64,000 nucleotides of DNA, taken from NCBI GenBank assembly GCA_964655655.1, contig CAZZPR010000005.1:1968-65967 (forward strand). Reading direction: 5' to 3'. Below, piece after piece: positions 1-11,691 of the stretch. The stretch is from an uncultured Desulfobacteraceae bacterium. GTDB taxonomy: Bacteria; Desulfobacterota; DSM-4660; Desulfatiglandales; B25-G16. The first letter of the stretch is position 1. Each line of letters opens with the position of its first letter. The notes under the pieces are model-generated. The model had not been told where the DNA came from. It did no database searches and saw only the letters and a program-made list of their open reading frames with translations. The position numbers and the translations under genes were made by a program.

Positions 1-1
1 G

Positions 2-892
2 ACATGGGCCGTATTCACCCAGGACGAATGGCGGGTAATTAATCCGCTGACCCTTTATATAGGGCTTCGTTATGATTCCTGGAAGGTCTACGACGGCGCT
101 TCAGGTGTGCCGGGGGCTGAAACCCGATACGCAAGCAATAGAGAATCCAAATTCAGTCCCAAGGTCGCCGCCGTATGGAAGGCCCGTGCCAATACCACCT
201 TGAAAGCCTCCATAGGCCAGGCCTTTCGGCCCCCAACGCTTTACGAACTTTATAGGACCTGGCAATCCTGGGGAAGGACCTATCAAAGCAACCCGGATCT
301 GAAGCCCGAAACCGTGTGGGCCTATGAGATAGGCATAGATCAATTCTTCTTTGACAAAAAGACCCGTCTTTCCCTGACTGGATACCGCAACGACATTGAG
401 GAGCTGATCTATTACCGGACCGTGGGATCGACCAAGATCCGGACCAACGCCGGGAAAGCACGAACCTATGGGCTGGAGTTTGAGACCTCTCAAAGAGTAA
501 CCGATTGGCTTTCGCTTTGGGGTAACCTCACTTTTACGGACACTACAATCACCGAAAACCCCACGGACCCGGCCAGTGTAGACAAGCGGATCACCGGGAT
601 CCCCAAAACCGCCTGGAACGTCGGTTTGGAGACCCAGTACAAATGGTTCAAGGGAAATTTCGTGGGCCGTTATTTCAGCAAGATCTACAATGATACGGAC
701 AACAGGGACACTGAAGAAGGGGTCTACGGTACCTACGAGCCGGCCTTTTTCCTGGACGCCAAGTTGACGGTAAAGCCTTTTAAATGGATAGAGGCCTCTC
801 TCTCCGTGGACAATATCCTGGATGACGAATACTACGAATACTACAAGAGTTATGGGAGGACATTTTTTGCCGAGCTCACATGGCTATACTAA
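2..892 (+). CDS. TonB-dependent outer-membrane receptor, C-terminal barrel portion (5' end outside window)
   Basis: The frame of listed ORF 107..892 stays open back to nt 2 (TWAVFTQDEWRVINPLTLYIGLRYDSWK...). It shows an alternating beta-strand pattern and an aromatic C-terminus (...FFAELTWLY-stop) typical of TBDR barrels. Confidence 0.85.
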   Translation, partial: TWAVFTQDEWRVINPLTLYIGLRYDSWKVYDGASGVPGAETRYASNRESKFSPKVAAVWKARANTTLKASIGQAFRPPTLYELYRTWQSWGRTYQSNPDLKPETVWAYEIGIDQFFFDKKTRLSLTGYRNDIEELIYYRTVGSTKIRTNAGKARTYGLEFETSQRVTDWLSLWGNLTFTDTTITENPTDPASVDKRITGIPKTAWNVGLETQYKWFKGNFVGRYFSKIYNDTDNRDTEEGVYGTYEPAFFLDAKLTVKPFKWIEASLSVDNILDDEYYEYYKSYGRTFFAELTWLY

Positions 893-893
893 C

Positions 894-1949
894 ATGCATG
901 GCCCCGGCCTACTATCACGGGCACTTTTAGTCGGGTGGCTATCTAGCGTACTGTTTTTGACCCTTTTGAAGGGATCAGCTACCGGCGAATCAATGATGGT
1001 AAAGGATGCTTTAGGGCAATACATTCGGGTTACTCCGCCCCTTCAAAGGATTGTGGCCTTGAATTCGGATATCCTGGAAGTCCTTCGCACTCTGAGAGCC
1101 GAAAATCTTGTCGTAGGCGTGTTTTCCGAGATCGTTCGGGAGCGGGAATTCTGGGGAGATTTGGCTGAAAGGCCCAAGGTCGGCAGTTGGCGCGATCCAG
1201 ACATGGAGGCCATTGCCTCCCTCAAACCCGACCTGGTGATCGCCTATGGTTGGAATCCCGGGCCGAGTTTGGAGCGGAATATGGCCCTGTTCGGCATTCA
1301 GGTGCTACGCCTTGACTTCTATAAGGTGAACGAATTGGAACGGGAGGTTCGGATCATGGGACAACTGCTCAAACGAGAAGAGGAGGCAGAGCGCTTCTGT
1401 AACTGGCACCGTAGGCACATCGGAAGGCTCCAGGAAAAAATCGCCGGTACCCCCGATCTTCCGGCCGTATATATTGAAAGCTATACCGATTTCCACGCCG
1501 CAGGTCCGGGTTCGGGAGGCCACGAAATGTGTGTGTTGGCCGGAGGAAGGAATATCGCCGCCGGATTTTCCATCCCCTATCCTCGAGTGACTTCGGAGTG
1601 GGTGGTGGTCCAAAACCCGGAGGCTATCGTCAAAGCAGCCTCTTACGGAAATGGCTATGCCCTCAAGGGTTCTAAGGCCTTAAACCGGCGTCGAGAAGCC
1701 ATCCTGCGGCGTCCAGCCTGGCGCCACATTTCAGCTGTTGCTTCCGGAAATGTCCATGTCATGGACAGCGCCGTCTGGACCGGTCCGCGGGCTGTCGTTG
1801 GGATTGCCCACATGGCCCGATGGTTTCACCACGTGCTTTTCCCCGATCTTGATCCCAAGGCGTTGCACAGGAAATATCTCCAGACCTTTCAAGGCATGGA
1901 CTGTCGCGGTGCGTTCGTGTCAGATCACCTCCAGGAGGCCGGCAGATGA
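894..1949 (+). CDS. Periplasmic substrate-binding protein of a FecB/BtuF-type (siderophore/heme/cobalamin class) ABC importer
   Basis: In-frame ATG at 894, 1 nt after the receptor stop (890-892). The N-terminus looks like a signal peptide (MHGPGLLSRALLVGWLSSVLFLTLL). RIVALNSDILEVL...KPDLVIAY is typical of the PF01497-like family. The start is uncertain because no clear SD is present. Confidence 0.75.
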   Translation: MHGPGLLSRALLVGWLSSVLFLTLLKGSATGESMMVKDALGQYIRVTPPLQRIVALNSDILEVLRTLRAENLVVGVFSEIVREREFWGDLAERPKVGSWRDPDMEAIASLKPDLVIAYGWNPGPSLERNMALFGIQVLRLDFYKVNELEREVRIMGQLLKREEEAERFCNWHRRHIGRLQEKIAGTPDLPAVYIESYTDFHAAGPGSGGHEMCVLAGGRNIAAGFSIPYPRVTSEWVVVQNPEAIVKAASYGNGYALKGSKALNRRREAILRRPAWRHISAVASGNVHVMDSAVWTGPRAVVGIAHMARWFHHVLFPDLDPKALHRKYLQTFQGMDCRGAFVSDHLQEAGR

Positions 1950-2980
1950 GTATCAATTCCGAAATACTCTGCCAGCGCTACAAAGCGCACGCGAGCACAA
2001 GAATACTTTTTATTATTGTCGCTTTTCTTTTGCTTTTTATGGCAACGGCCATCGGGCTTTGTACCGGCGCTTCCGGCATGGGGTTTTGGGAAGTCCTTTT
2101 ATCCCTGGTCAAGGACACCGGTCGCAGCCACAGCATCATCTGGGTGCTGCGGATGCCCCGCATCGCAATGGCAATGCTGGTTGGCTTCGGAATGGGGCTG
2201 GCGGGTTCGGTTTTCCAGGCCATTCTGCGGAACCCCCTAGCCTCCCCATATACCCTGGGAGTGGGGTCTGCCGCGGGGTTCGGGGCGGTTAGCGTGATTC
2301 TTTTCTTCGGTGGCAGCTTTCAAACCTGGCGCGTGGCCTGCGGTGCGTTTCTGCTTTCCCTTTTATCGGCGTTTTTCATTGTTGCGATTGCAAAGATTAA
2401 ACGCGCCTCTTCCGAAACCATGGTTTTGGCAGGCATTGCCCAGATGTTTTTGTTTTCCTCTCTCACATCACTTTTTCAATACATGGGCACCATGGAGCAG
2501 GTACACGAGATCATACTTTGGTTTTTCGGCAACCTTTCCAGGGCAGGATGGACTGAGATCGGCTTAGCCGCGGCAATGATTCTGGTCCCCTTTCCGGCTC
2601 TTTTGTGGCGCGCATGGGATTTCAACCTGCTTTTGTCCGGGGACGAATCCGCCCTGGCCCTTGGAGTAAATGTAAATCGGCTGAGGATGTCAGGGGTCAT
2701 AGCCGCTTCTCTGGTGACCGCCGGCGGCATCTGTTTCACCGGAGTCATCGGATTTGTGGGGCTTGTGGCCCCCCATATCACCCGCATGTTGATCGGAAAC
2801 GACCATCAATTTCTCCTGCCGGCCTCAGGCCTTGTGGGAGCCCTGATTGTTGTGGTTGCGGATACACTGGCCAGGACTCTCTGGGCGCCCCAGGTAATAC
2901 CCATCGGAATTGTGACCTCCTGCATTGGGGTGCCCTTTTTCTTTTATCTTTTGATGAAGCGATCCAAGGAGTATTGGTGA
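1946..2980 (+). CDS. FecCD/BtuC-family ABC importer permease
   Basis: 344 aa multi-TM protein with RMPRIAMAMLVGFGMGLAGSVFQAILRNPLASPYTLGV and a C-terminal IPIGIVTSCIGVPFFFYLL. ATGA overlap with the upstream stop. Confidence 0.9.
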   Translation: MSINSEILCQRYKAHASTRILFIIVAFLLLFMATAIGLCTGASGMGFWEVLLSLVKDTGRSHSIIWVLRMPRIAMAMLVGFGMGLAGSVFQAILRNPLASPYTLGVGSAAGFGAVSVILFFGGSFQTWRVACGAFLLSLLSAFFIVAIAKIKRASSETMVLAGIAQMFLFSSLTSLFQYMGTMEQVHEIILWFFGNLSRAGWTEIGLAAAMILVPFPALLWRAWDFNLLLSGDESALALGVNVNRLRMSGVIAASLVTAGGICFTGVIGFVGLVAPHITRMLIGNDHQFLLPASGLVGALIVVVADTLARTLWAPQVIPIGIVTSCIGVPFFFYLLMKRSKEYW

Positions 2981-3807
2981 TGCTGGAGGTAACGGACCTT
3001 TTCTTCGACTATAATGGCGCATCAGTGCTTGAAAGCATCGGGGCGAGGGTGGGAAAAGGCCGCATTCTAAGCGTAGTGGGGCCCAACGGCGCGGGCAAAA
3101 CCACTTTGCTTAAATGCATCGCCCGCATTCTCAGGCCCAACAGGGGGCATGTTCTTGTGGAGGACCGGGATACGTCCCGCATGCCCCGCATGGAACTGGC
3201 AAAACTCCTGGGATATGTACCACAAAACACGCCCGCCAAATTTCCCGCGACTGTCTTTGAAACGGTGCTTACGGGACGAAGGCCGCATATTGCCTGGCGG
3301 CCTTCCAGAAAGGATTTGGAACGTACCGCCGACATCATTGGGGGGATGAACCTTGCGGATCTGGCCATGAGAGACATGGACCGGCTCAGCGGCGGGCAAA
3401 CTCAGAAGGTGTTGCTTGCCCGGGCATTGGCTCAGGATACGAGCTACCTGTTGCTGGACGAGCCCACTATCAACCTGGACTTGCGACATCAACTGGAAAT
3501 GCTGGAGGTAATCGCTATGCTGGCAAAAAAAAGGGGGATGGGTGTCATGATGGCCATGCATGACCTGAATCTGGCCGCCAGATTTTCTGATACTATCGCC
3601 ATGCTTTACCGGGGCAGGATATTTTGCTCGGGAACGCCGTCCGAGGCGATAACACCGGAGAACATCAGTAAAGTGTACGGTGTGGATGCCGCAGTCCGTG
3701 AGGAAAACGGATATCTTCATGTCCAGCCGCTCCGGTGCACCGATTTGCCACCAACCTGTAAAGATCGAATAAAACTCTACTCAAACGAAAGAAGGAGCAT
3801 TCAATGA
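2980..3807 (+). CDS. ABC importer ATP-binding subunit (FecE/BtuD-like)
   Basis: Internal ATG of ORF 2605..3807, in a TGATG overlap with the permease stop. Walker A VVGPNGAGKTTLLK, signature LSGGQTQKVLLARAL, Walker B LLLDEPT. Confidence 0.9.
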   Translation: MLEVTDLFFDYNGASVLESIGARVGKGRILSVVGPNGAGKTTLLKCIARILRPNRGHVLVEDRDTSRMPRMELAKLLGYVPQNTPAKFPATVFETVLTGRRPHIAWRPSRKDLERTADIIGGMNLADLAMRDMDRLSGGQTQKVLLARALAQDTSYLLLDEPTINLDLRHQLEMLEVIAMLAKKRGMGVMMAMHDLNLAARFSDTIAMLYRGRIFCSGTPSEAITPENISKVYGVDAAVREENGYLHVQPLRCTDLPPTCKDRIKLYSNERRSIQ

Positions 3808-6800
3808 GCACTCGACCAGTTCGAATCGTCTCGATTATGTGGAGTTCCTATCTGCCTGCATTCTTGGCGGCTTCTGAGGGGAGCCCCCATGTGGACCTGA
3901 CCATTTTTTCACAAAAGGAGATCGAAAGCAATGCCGACTGCCTGGAGCCTTTTTGGTCCGCTGCGGCACAGGCCGACGCCATACTTTTATACTGGACCAA
4001 TGATGGGTTCTGGGAGGAGGTCAGCGCCCGTATCGATGAGATGGTTGGGGCCAAGGTCATAGTAACTACCTCCTTTGATCCGGCAAACTGGGGGCGAAAT
4101 TCCACTGTAGATCTTTCGCTATGCGCCCGGGCACATGCCTACATGGCCCAGGGCGGTCAGGAAAACTACCGGCGTTTGCTTGAATTGGTGGCCCACCAAG
4201 TCAATCCTGACATTCCGGTGCAGGACCCCCTGCCTATGCCATGGCAGGGGGTCCTGCACCCGCCGGATCAAACGGTATACGATTCTATAGAAAGCTATCG
4301 CAAAATTCATCCGGCCTTGAATTCTCGTACTGTGGGGCTTTTTTTCTCCCGGCACACCTTTACCAACACCGATGGATCACTGGAGCGAAGCCTCATAGAA
4401 GCACTTGAGGCCCGGGGCCTGGAGGTTCTGCCGGTCTTCTCCCACGGGGTTCCGGACGAAGAGCTCGGATCCCTGGGACCCATTGAGACTGCCCGGTGCT
4501 TTTTTATGAATCCGGAGAATGGCAAACCCCGCATCGACGCACTGGCCAACCTGCACTTTTTCCTACTCGGCCGCGAGGAAAGGGAAGGAAATTCCGAAAT
4601 TGATGTGGCCGGTCAAACTGTGGCCTTTTTTAAGGCACTCAATGTACCGGTCTTTAAACCTGTCGTCTCGTACAGCAAATCCATCCAGGAATGGGAAGAA
4701 GATCCCCAGGGGCTCACCGCGGAGGTCAGCTTCGGCATTGCCATGCCGGAATTCGAGGGGAGTATCGAGCCGATTATCATTGCGTGCAGCCGCAAGCTGA
4801 ACCATGAGCGGACCGACACGGTATTCGAAATCCGGGAAATCATCTCCGAGCGTGTGGCGCATATCGCCGAACGTATAGCTCGATGGGTGCGCCTGGCTTC
4901 CAAGCCGCCTGCTGAACGTAAAGCAGTTTTCGTGTTTCATAAAAACGAATGCGCAGGGCTGGAGGCAAATGTGGGTGGCGCAGCCGGGCTCGATTCAGGG
5001 GAAAGCGTGGTGCGCGTTCTCCAACAAATGGAGTCAAAGGGGTATAATATTGAAAATATCCCCGAGTCCGGGGAAGCCTTAATGCACACCATTTTAGACC
5101 GCAAGGCCATCGCCGAGTTCCGCTGGACCACGGTTGACGAAATCGTCTCCAAAGGCGGCCACCTGGCCCTGCTGGACAATGAGACCTACCGAAAGTGGTT
5201 TGATGAATTGCCCACAAAGGCCCGATCCGCTCTAATCGGTTCCTGGGGAGAGCCCCCGGGGCGGAAAATGAAGGGGGTACCGCCGAGCATGGTGCTGGAC
5301 GGAAAGCTGGTCATTACCGGGCTCAATTTCGGTAATGTAAATGTGATCATGCAGCCCAAGCGCGGCTGCGCCGGATCTCGCTGCGACGGTCAGGTATGCA
5401 AGATTCTCCACGATCCGGACACTCCTCCGCCGCATCAATACATCGCCACGTACATGTATATGGATCGCGTATTCGGCGCCGATGTGGTAATCCATGTGGG
5501 CACCCACGGCAACCTTGAGTGGCTGCCGGGCAAGGGAGCCGGGCTCTCAGCCGCCTGCTGGTCGGATATAGCCACCGGCAATGTGCCTCATTTATATATC
5601 TATAATGCGGACAATCCGGCCGAAGGGGTGGTAGCCAAGCGTCGCAGCTATGCCACCCTGGTGGATCACATGCAGGCGGTTATGAGCACGTCCGACACAT
5701 ACGAAGGCTTGGAGGAATTGGAAGGTCTTCTGGATGAGTATCACCGTGCCAAGTCGTCAAATCCGGCCCGGGTTCATCAGCTAAAAGACCTAATTCGAGA
5801 AACTATCGAACGTTGTAATCTTGACGACGAAATTTCCGCAACCAATCCGGATACCTTCGAGGATTTGGTCGTCCGATGCCATGAAATCCTCTCCGGGATA
5901 AAAAACAGTCAGACCCGGATCGGTATGCATACTTTTGGCCAGCTGCCCGAGGGCGAGGACCGTGCCGAAGTGATTAATACTATCATGAGGTTCGACAGCG
6001 CCAGCGACATCAATACACGCCGGCTTATTTTTGACTCCTGGGGTGAGGATATTTTTAGCGGTTTAAAAGCACCCGGGTCCCGCGGTAAAAACGGCAAAAC
6101 CTACGGGCAGCTCTTGTTTGATGCAGACCGCAAGGCTAAGACCATGATTGCAGGTTTTATCAAAGGGCAGGATTTGTCCGTTGTGATGAAGCATCTAAAT
6201 GTTGCTGTAATCGACAGCACATTAAAGGAGCGCTTCGAGCGTTTTGACTCCCTGGTGCGCGAAATCGATCAGCGCATCGCCGATTCCGACGAGATCGGCG
6301 CCCTGCTCAAGGCAATGAATGGCGGCCATGTGCCTGCTGGTCCAGCCGGTTACATCTCCCGGGGGCGCTATGATATCTTGCCCACCGGCCGCAATTTTTA
6401 CAATGTCGACCCCAGCCGAATTCCCACAAAAGCGGCCTCCCGGGTGGGCGTCCAATTGGCGGAGGCCCTTTTGAAGCGTCATCTAAACGAAGAGGGCCGC
6501 TATCCCGAATCGGTTGGAATGGTATGGCTGGCTGCGGATATTATGCGGGCCGACGGCGAGCAGATCGGCCAGGTACTTCATCTATTGGGTGCACGGCCCA
6601 AGTGGAAGGCAAACGGCCAGGTGGATGGTTTTGAGATCATCCCGGCAGAAGAGCTGGGGCGCCCCCGAATTGATGTTAATATCCGGGTGTCCGGCATCAC
6701 TCGTGACTGCTTTCCGGATAGCGTAAAGTATGTAGATCAGGCGGTCCAGGCAGTGGCCATGCTGAATGAAGCGCCGGAACAAAATTTTATCCGCAAGCAT

Positions 6801-7703
6801 ATCGTCAGGCAGGCAATGCAACAGGGTGTATCAATTGAGGACCAGGAACAGTTCCGGAAGCTGAGCTATCGTGTCTTTTGCGCCCAGCCGGGGGTTTACA
6901 AGGCAGGGGTAAGTTTAGCGGTCTATGCATCAGCCTGGAAGGCCGAAGCCGATCTGTCCGATATCTATGTCTTCTGGAACGGTTATGCCTACGGCAGCGG
7001 GGAGTCCTACGGCGTGCAGGCACATAATGAACTGATGGAAAACCTGCGCCGGGTGGAGGTCACATTTGACAAGCACATTTCAGACGAGGGAGATTTTCTC
7101 AACTGCTGTGGCTATTACAGTAATTACGGCGGCATGACCATGGCTGCCAAGTCGATTTCCGGCAAAACCCCCAAGACCTACTATGGGGATACCCGCGACC
7201 CAGCCAATGTGGCGGTGACCGATTTTGCCGAGGAAATGCGCCGTGTGGTGCGCTCCAAACTCTTGAACCCCAAATATATCGAGGGCATGAAGGCACACGG
7301 CTATAAAGGTGCCGGTGATTTGAACAAACGCATAGGCCGCGTCTATGGCTTCGGTGCCACTACAGGCCAGGTGGATAACTGGATTTTTGATGAAATCGCA
7401 GAAACCTTTGTTCTGGAGTCAGAGATGAAGGCCTGGTTTGAAAAGGTAAATCCCTGGGCCTTGGAAGAGATCGGCCGCCGCTTATTGGAAGCCCAGAGCA
7501 GGGACATATGGAGACCGGATCCGGAACTTCTCGAACGGCTCAAAGAGTCCTATCTGGAAGCCGAGGCCGCGCTGGAGGAAACCATGGGCGATGTAAAAGG
7601 CGATTTCCAGGGAGGTTCCGTCGACGTGGTGACGTCAGAAGAGATAGAGAATTGGAAAGCCGCAATGAACACGGTCAAGGAAAAAATGGGAAGAGAAGAA
7701 TAA
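3804..7703 (+). CDS. cobN: CobN/BchH-family large chelatase subunit (class I, ATP-dependent chelatase)
   Basis: 1299 aa with the CobN hallmark stretch [14 protein letters not shown] and overall CobN-like length. ATGA overlap with the ATPase gene. Confidence 0.9.
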   Translation: MSTRPVRIVSIMWSSYLPAFLAASEGSPHVDLTIFSQKEIESNADCLEPFWSAAAQADAILLYWTNDGFWEEVSARIDEMVGAKVIVTTSFDPANWGRNSTVDLSLCARAHAYMAQGGQENYRRLLELVAHQVNPDIPVQDPLPMPWQGVLHPPDQTVYDSIESYRKIHPALNSRTVGLFFSRHTFTNTDGSLERSLIEALEARGLEVLPVFSHGVPDEELGSLGPIETARCFFMNPENGKPRIDALANLHFFLLGREEREGNSEIDVAGQTVAFFKALNVPVFKPVVSYSKSIQEWEEDPQGLTAEVSFGIAMPEFEGSIEPIIIACSRKLNHERTDTVFEIREIISERVAHIAERIARWVRLASKPPAERKAVFVFHKNECAGLEANVGGAAGLDSGESVVRVLQQMESKGYNIENIPESGEALMHTILDRKAIAEFRWTTVDEIVSKGGHLALLDNETYRKWFDELPTKARSALIGSWGEPPGRKMKGVPPSMVLDGKLVITGLNFGNVNVIMQPKRGCAGSRCDGQVCKILHDPDTPPPHQYIATYMYMDRVFGADVVIHVGTHGNLEWLPGKGAGLSAACWSDIATGNVPHLYIYNADNPAEGVVAKRRSYATLVDHMQAVMSTSDTYEGLEELEGLLDEYHRAKSSNPARVHQLKDLIRETIERCNLDDEISATNPDTFEDLVVRCHEILSGIKNSQTRIGMHTFGQLPEGEDRAEVINTIMRFDSASDINTRRLIFDSWGEDIFSGLKAPGSRGKNGKTYGQLLFDADRKAKTMIAGFIKGQDLSVVMKHLNVAVIDSTLKERFERFDSLVREIDQRIADSDEIGALLKAMNGGHVPAGPAGYISRGRYDILPTGRNFYNVDPSRIPTKAASRVGVQLAEALLKRHLNEEGRYPESVGMVWLAADIMRADGEQIGQVLHLLGARPKWKANGQVDGFEIIPAEELGRPRIDVNIRVSGITRDCFPDSVKYVDQAVQAVAMLNEAPEQNFIRKHIVRQAMQQGVSIEDQEQFRKLSYRVFCAQPGVYKAGVSLAVYASAWKAEADLSDIYVFWNGYAYGSGESYGVQAHNELMENLRRVEVTFDKHISDEGDFLNCCGYYSNYGGMTMAAKSISGKTPKTYYGDTRDPANVAVTDFAEEMRRVVRSKLLNPKYIEGMKAHGYKGAGDLNKRIGRVYGFGATTGQVDNWIFDEIAETFVLESEMKAWFEKVNPWALEEIGRRLLEAQSRDIWRPDPELLERLKESYLEAEAALEETMGDVKGDFQGGSVDVVTSEEIENWKAAMNTVKEKMGREE

Positions 7704-7705
7704 CC

Positions 7706-9721
7706 ATGCCGATTAACACCTTTCCGTTTGCGGCCATAGTTGGGCAGGAGAAACTAAAACGCGCCCTGATTTTAAATGCCGTAAACCCGGCCATCGGCGG
7801 TGTTCTGATCCGGGGCGAAAGAGGCACTGCCAAATCAACGGCGGTGCGCGCACTGGCCGCCCTGCTGCCTGAGATCGATGTAGTAAAGGGCTGCCCGTAT
7901 AGCTGCGATCCGGACCAGCCACGAGACTTCTGTGATGAATGTCGAAATAATGCCCACCGGATCCAAGCCGTGCGGCGGCGGATTCGGGTAATCACATTGC
8001 CTCTCAATGCCACCGAGGACAGGGTAGCGGGGGGAATTGATTTTAACCTAGCAGTAAAACAAGGCATCCGGGTATTGCAGCCGGGTCTTTTGGCAAGGGC
8101 CCACCGGGGTATTTTGTATGTTGATGAGGTTAATCTGCTGGATGATCATATAGTGGATATTATCCTGGATGCATCTGCATCCGGCCGGAATACGATTGAA
8201 CGGGAAGGCATCTCCTTTGTGCATAAATCTCATTTCATATTGGTGGGGACCATGAACCCGGAAGAAGGCGAGCTGAGACCTCAGTTGCTGGACAGATTCG
8301 GGCTGTGTGTGGAGGTTGCCTCTGAAAGGGATTTGGAAAAACGGACAATTCTGATGGTGCAAAGGGAGATATACGACACAGATCCGCAGGGGTTTATCCG
8401 GCAATTCGCGGAGATGAACAAAAAAATAGCGGGACAGATCATTGCCGCTCGAAAGTTTTTGAAAGACGTAAGGTTGGCCGGGGAATTGAGAATGTTGATC
8501 TGCGAGCTTTGCACGGAAAACAATGTTGCCGGGCACCGCGCTGATCTGGTTATCGAGCAGGCTGCCAGAGCACTGGCCGCCTTAAGGGGACATCGTGATG
8601 TAACAGTAGACGATATCCGGGAGGTGGCATTCCTGGCACTTTCACATCGAAGACGGGATGCGGCGCCGCCTCCTGATCATGGTCACGATCATAAACATCA
8701 AGATACGCCGGAAAAGGAGCAAGGCGAGACTCAAGATGAAGGGGAAAATAAACAGGATGACCAACAACCGCAAGAGGGGCAAAGCCCCTGGCCAGAAAAA
8801 ATGAATCCTTGGGAGGACAAAGAGGGGGAAAATTCCGACAATAAAGAGGAAGAAAAAAGCAGTGGAGACCGCTCCCTTGAACAGATTTTTGAGGTAGGCG
8901 AGACCTTTAAGGTAAAAAAAATTGCTGCACCCAGGGACCGCGTTTTCCGCCGTGGGTCGGGGCGTCGATCCCGCACCCGGATCTCTCAGAAGCAGGGCCG
9001 TTATGTGAAAAGTACTGTTAACAAGAATACAGGCGATGTGGCCCTGGATGCCACCCTACGGAGAGCAGCCCCCTACCAGCTCCGCAGGAAAAAGGCAAAC
9101 GGCCTGAAGGTGGTCCTTTGGCTAGAAGATATCCGCGAAAAGATCCGGGAAAAGCGGATTGGCAATTTTCTTCTCTTTGTGGTGGATGCCAGCGGCTCTA
9201 TGGGTGCCAGGAGCCGCATGGTAGCTACCAAGGGTGCCATCATGTCCCTGCTTTTGGATGCCTATCAAAAACGGGACCGCGTTGCCATGGTTTCCTTTCG
9301 TAGAGAGAACGCCGTGGTGAATCTGCCGCCTACCGCATCAATCGAATTGGCTGCCGACCTGCTAAAAGAGATGCCGGTGGGAGGGCGTACCCCCCTTTCC
9401 GCCGGTATAGCCAAATCTTATGAAGTGCTGCGCAACTATCTCTTGCGGGAGCCCGCTGCCCGGCCCATCACCATCATCATTACGGACGGCAAAGCCAACA
9501 TGGCCCTTGGAGGGGAAAAGCCGCTTAATGAGGCAATCGCATTTGCCGAGCGGCTTTCCATGGATGAACGCACCCGGTTCATTGTCGTCGACACCGAGGC
9601 CAAGGGCCTGGTGGCGTTCGGCTTGGCCCAAAGGCTGGCTAAGGCAATGAACGCTCACTATTTCAAGATCGAAGACCTTAAAGCAGACACCCTGCTCAAT
9701 ATTGTAAAAGGAGAAAAATAA
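7706..9721 (+). CDS. chlD: ChlD/BchD-like chelatase subunit (AAA+ N-domain, acidic linker, C-terminal vWA domain)
   Basis: ATG at 7706, 2 nt after the cobN stop (internal start of ORF 7508..9721). [14 protein letters not shown] and [13 protein letters not shown] match the AAA+ domain. An acidic His/Pro/Glu-rich linker spans about 8655-8880. MIDAS-like motif [12 protein letters not shown]. Confidence 0.9.
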   Translation: MPINTFPFAAIVGQEKLKRALILNAVNPAIGGVLIRGERGTAKSTAVRALAALLPEIDVVKGCPYSCDPDQPRDFCDECRNNAHRIQAVRRRIRVITLPLNATEDRVAGGIDFNLAVKQGIRVLQPGLLARAHRGILYVDEVNLLDDHIVDIILDASASGRNTIEREGISFVHKSHFILVGTMNPEEGELRPQLLDRFGLCVEVASERDLEKRTILMVQREIYDTDPQGFIRQFAEMNKKIAGQIIAARKFLKDVRLAGELRMLICELCTENNVAGHRADLVIEQAARALAALRGHRDVTVDDIREVAFLALSHRRRDAAPPPDHGHDHKHQDTPEKEQGETQDEGENKQDDQQPQEGQSPWPEKMNPWEDKEGENSDNKEEEKSSGDRSLEQIFEVGETFKVKKIAAPRDRVFRRGSGRRSRTRISQKQGRYVKSTVNKNTGDVALDATLRRAAPYQLRRKKANGLKVVLWLEDIREKIREKRIGNFLLFVVDASGSMGARSRMVATKGAIMSLLLDAYQKRDRVAMVSFRRENAVVNLPPTASIELAADLLKEMPVGGRTPLSAGIAKSYEVLRNYLLREPAARPITIIITDGKANMALGGEKPLNEAIAFAERLSMDERTRFIVVDTEAKGLVAFGLAQRLAKAMNAHYFKIEDLKADTLLNIVKGEK

Positions 9722-10768
9722 ATGTCCAGGCAACACATCTATCCATTTACAGCCATTGTGGGCCAGGAAAAGATGAAACTGGCCTTGGTATTAAATATTA
9801 TCAATCCAACTCTTTCGGGCGTTCTGATCCGGGGCGAAAAGGGCACGGCCAAGTCCACGGCCGTGCGCTCCCTTGCACAAATTCTGCCCGCCATTGAGGT
9901 AGTTAAAGACTGCCCCTTTCAGCGCTCCCCGGAAGAATCGGAAGAGGTATGCCGGGAATGTGTCAATAGCGAATGCAGAGGCAAAGTCCTGAATAGCGAG
10001 CCGGCAGAAACCGTACGCCGTGACATCCGGGTGATTGAGCTTCCCGTGGGTGCGACAGAAGATCGGGTTGTGGGCACCATGGACCTGGAATACGCCCTTA
10101 AAAAAGGTGAGAAGCAGGTGGAGCCCGGTATCTTGGCGGCGGCCCACCGGGGCATTCTCTACGTGGACGAGGTGAACCTCCTGGATGACCACGTGGTGGA
10201 CGTGTTGCTCGATTCGGCAGCCATGGGGGTTAACAGCATTGAACGGGAAGGGGTAAGTTTTACCCACCCGGCACGGTTTACCCTGGTGGGGACCATGAAC
10301 CCGGAAGAAGGCGAGCTGAGGCCCCAGTTGCTGGACAGATTCGGGCTGTGCGTCCACATTGAGGGCATCAATACCCCTGAAGACCGGGTGGCCGTCATGG
10401 AAAGGTGCGCCGCCTTTGATGATGATCCGGCAAGCTTTTGTTCCCAGTGGCATGAAAAGTCCGAGATACTTGGTGAAAAAATCGAAGGGGTAATGGATAT
10501 CTATCCCCAAGTCAGCATCAGCCGCGAACTACTTTATGAAATCGCAAAGTATTGTCTGGAGGTGGAGGTAGACGGCCACCGGGGGGACATCATCATCTTA
10601 AAGACCGCCAAGACCCTTGCGGTCTACAATGGACGCACTCATGTGATCAAGGAGGACATCGAAACGGCAGCCGAGCTGGCCTTGCCCCATCGCATTCGGC
10701 GGCAGCCGCTTCAGGATGTCGTGGTGGACGTGGAGCAAGTGCGACGCCAAAAGCAAGCCCGGCGATGA
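9722..10768 (+). CDS. chlI: ChlI/BchI-like AAA+ chelatase ATPase subunit
   Basis: 348 aa with [27 protein letters not shown] and [20 protein letters not shown]. The ATG directly abuts the chlD stop. Confidence 0.92.
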   Translation: MSRQHIYPFTAIVGQEKMKLALVLNIINPTLSGVLIRGEKGTAKSTAVRSLAQILPAIEVVKDCPFQRSPEESEEVCRECVNSECRGKVLNSEPAETVRRDIRVIELPVGATEDRVVGTMDLEYALKKGEKQVEPGILAAAHRGILYVDEVNLLDDHVVDVLLDSAAMGVNSIEREGVSFTHPARFTLVGTMNPEEGELRPQLLDRFGLCVHIEGINTPEDRVAVMERCAAFDDDPASFCSQWHEKSEILGEKIEGVMDIYPQVSISRELLYEIAKYCLEVEVDGHRGDIIILKTAKTLAVYNGRTHVIKEDIETAAELALPHRIRRQPLQDVVVDVEQVRRQKQARR

Positions 10769-10830
10769 GGCGGCGGGCGGCCCTGTGCAATCTGCGGCCG
10801 GATGATGGTGCTCGAGAGAAGGAAGATAGG

Positions 10831-11691
10831 ATGGGAAATGGAGGGGGGAAGTTCGTGATTCGCATTAAAAAACTGGAAAAAGTATATGGCAACACTGCGG
10901 CGCTTAAGGGTGTTGATTTGAACATAAAGAGGGGCGAGCTTTTCGCATACCTCGGCCCCAACGGTGCCGGCAAAACCACTACCATCCGCATATTGACCGG
11001 GGTTACCCGGCTGACGGCGGGCAAAGGGATGCTTAACGGCTATGATATCGAAAAACAGGGCCTTGCAGCTAAAAATCAGTATGGATTGGTTCCACAGCAC
11101 ATCAATCTGGATACCGAACTGACGGTTTATGAGAATTTGCGAGTTCACGGCTGGCTCCATCAAATGTCACGCAGTATTATTGGGCAGCGCATGAGTGAGC
11201 TGCTGAATTACATAGAGCTGGATGAAAAACGCTACACACTTATCAAGAAGCTTTCCGGGGGCATGAAAAGGCGTGTGATGATTGCCAGGGCCCTTCTGCA
11301 TGCGCCTAAGATCCTGTTTTTGGATGAACCCACTGTTGGCCTGGATGCCAGCATCCGCCGGCGTATCTGGGCACTCATAAAAAAAATTCAGCAGGACGGT
11401 GTAACCATCTTTCTCACCACCCATTACATCGAAGAGGCTGAATTTCTGGCCCAGCGGGTGGCATTTATCGACAAAGGCAAAATCGTGGCCCTGGATACAC
11501 CGCATAACTTGATGAATGGTATCGGTACCTGGGCAGTGGATAGATTTAAACCAGGCGGTATGGGGACCCTCTATTTTAAAACTCAACAAGAGGCCAAACA
11601 ATACGCTGCCAGGGGTCAAAATGGGTTTGCCGTGCGGCGTGTCAATTTAGAGGATGCCTTTTTGAAAATGACGGGTAAAAAAGTGAAATGA
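10831..11691 (+). CDS. ABC-2-type exporter ATP-binding subunit
   Basis: Internal ATG of ORF 10552..11691, preceded by GAGAGAAGGAAGATAGG. Walker A YLGPNGAGKTTTIR, signature LSGGMKRRVMIARAL, Walker B LFLDEPTVGLD. Confidence 0.88.
   Translation: MGNGGGKFVIRIKKLEKVYGNTAALKGVDLNIKRGELFAYLGPNGAGKTTTIRILTGVTRLTAGKGMLNGYDIEKQGLAAKNQYGLVPQHINLDTELTVYENLRVHGWLHQMSRSIIGQRMSELLNYIELDEKRYTLIKKLSGGMKRRVMIARALLHAPKILFLDEPTVGLDASIRRRIWALIKKIQQDGVTIFLTTHYIEEAEFLAQRVAFIDKGKIVALDTPHNLMNGIGTWAVDRFKPGGMGTLYFKTQQEAKQYAARGQNGFAVRRVNLEDAFLKMTGKKVK

Noticed and set aside
2605-3807. Long ORFs whose listed 5' ends (2605, 7508, 10552, 822, 31196) overlap the preceding gene by hundreds of nt.
   Set aside because: The N-terminal extensions translate to low-complexity Arg/Gly/Pro-rich sequence in the alternative frame of the upstream gene. 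Internal ATGs at 2980, 7706, 10831, 894 and 31244 give canonical family N-termini and tight coupling to the upstream stops.
3848-10510. Many 60-240-aa minus-strand ORFs inside cobN, chlD and chlI (for example 8048-8536 and 9791-10510), and similar antisense ORFs inside every large gene in the window.
   Set aside because: They lie antisense to genes with strong family signatures, have no recognisable motifs and have skewed composition. They are typical shadow ORFs of moderately GC-rich coding DNA.
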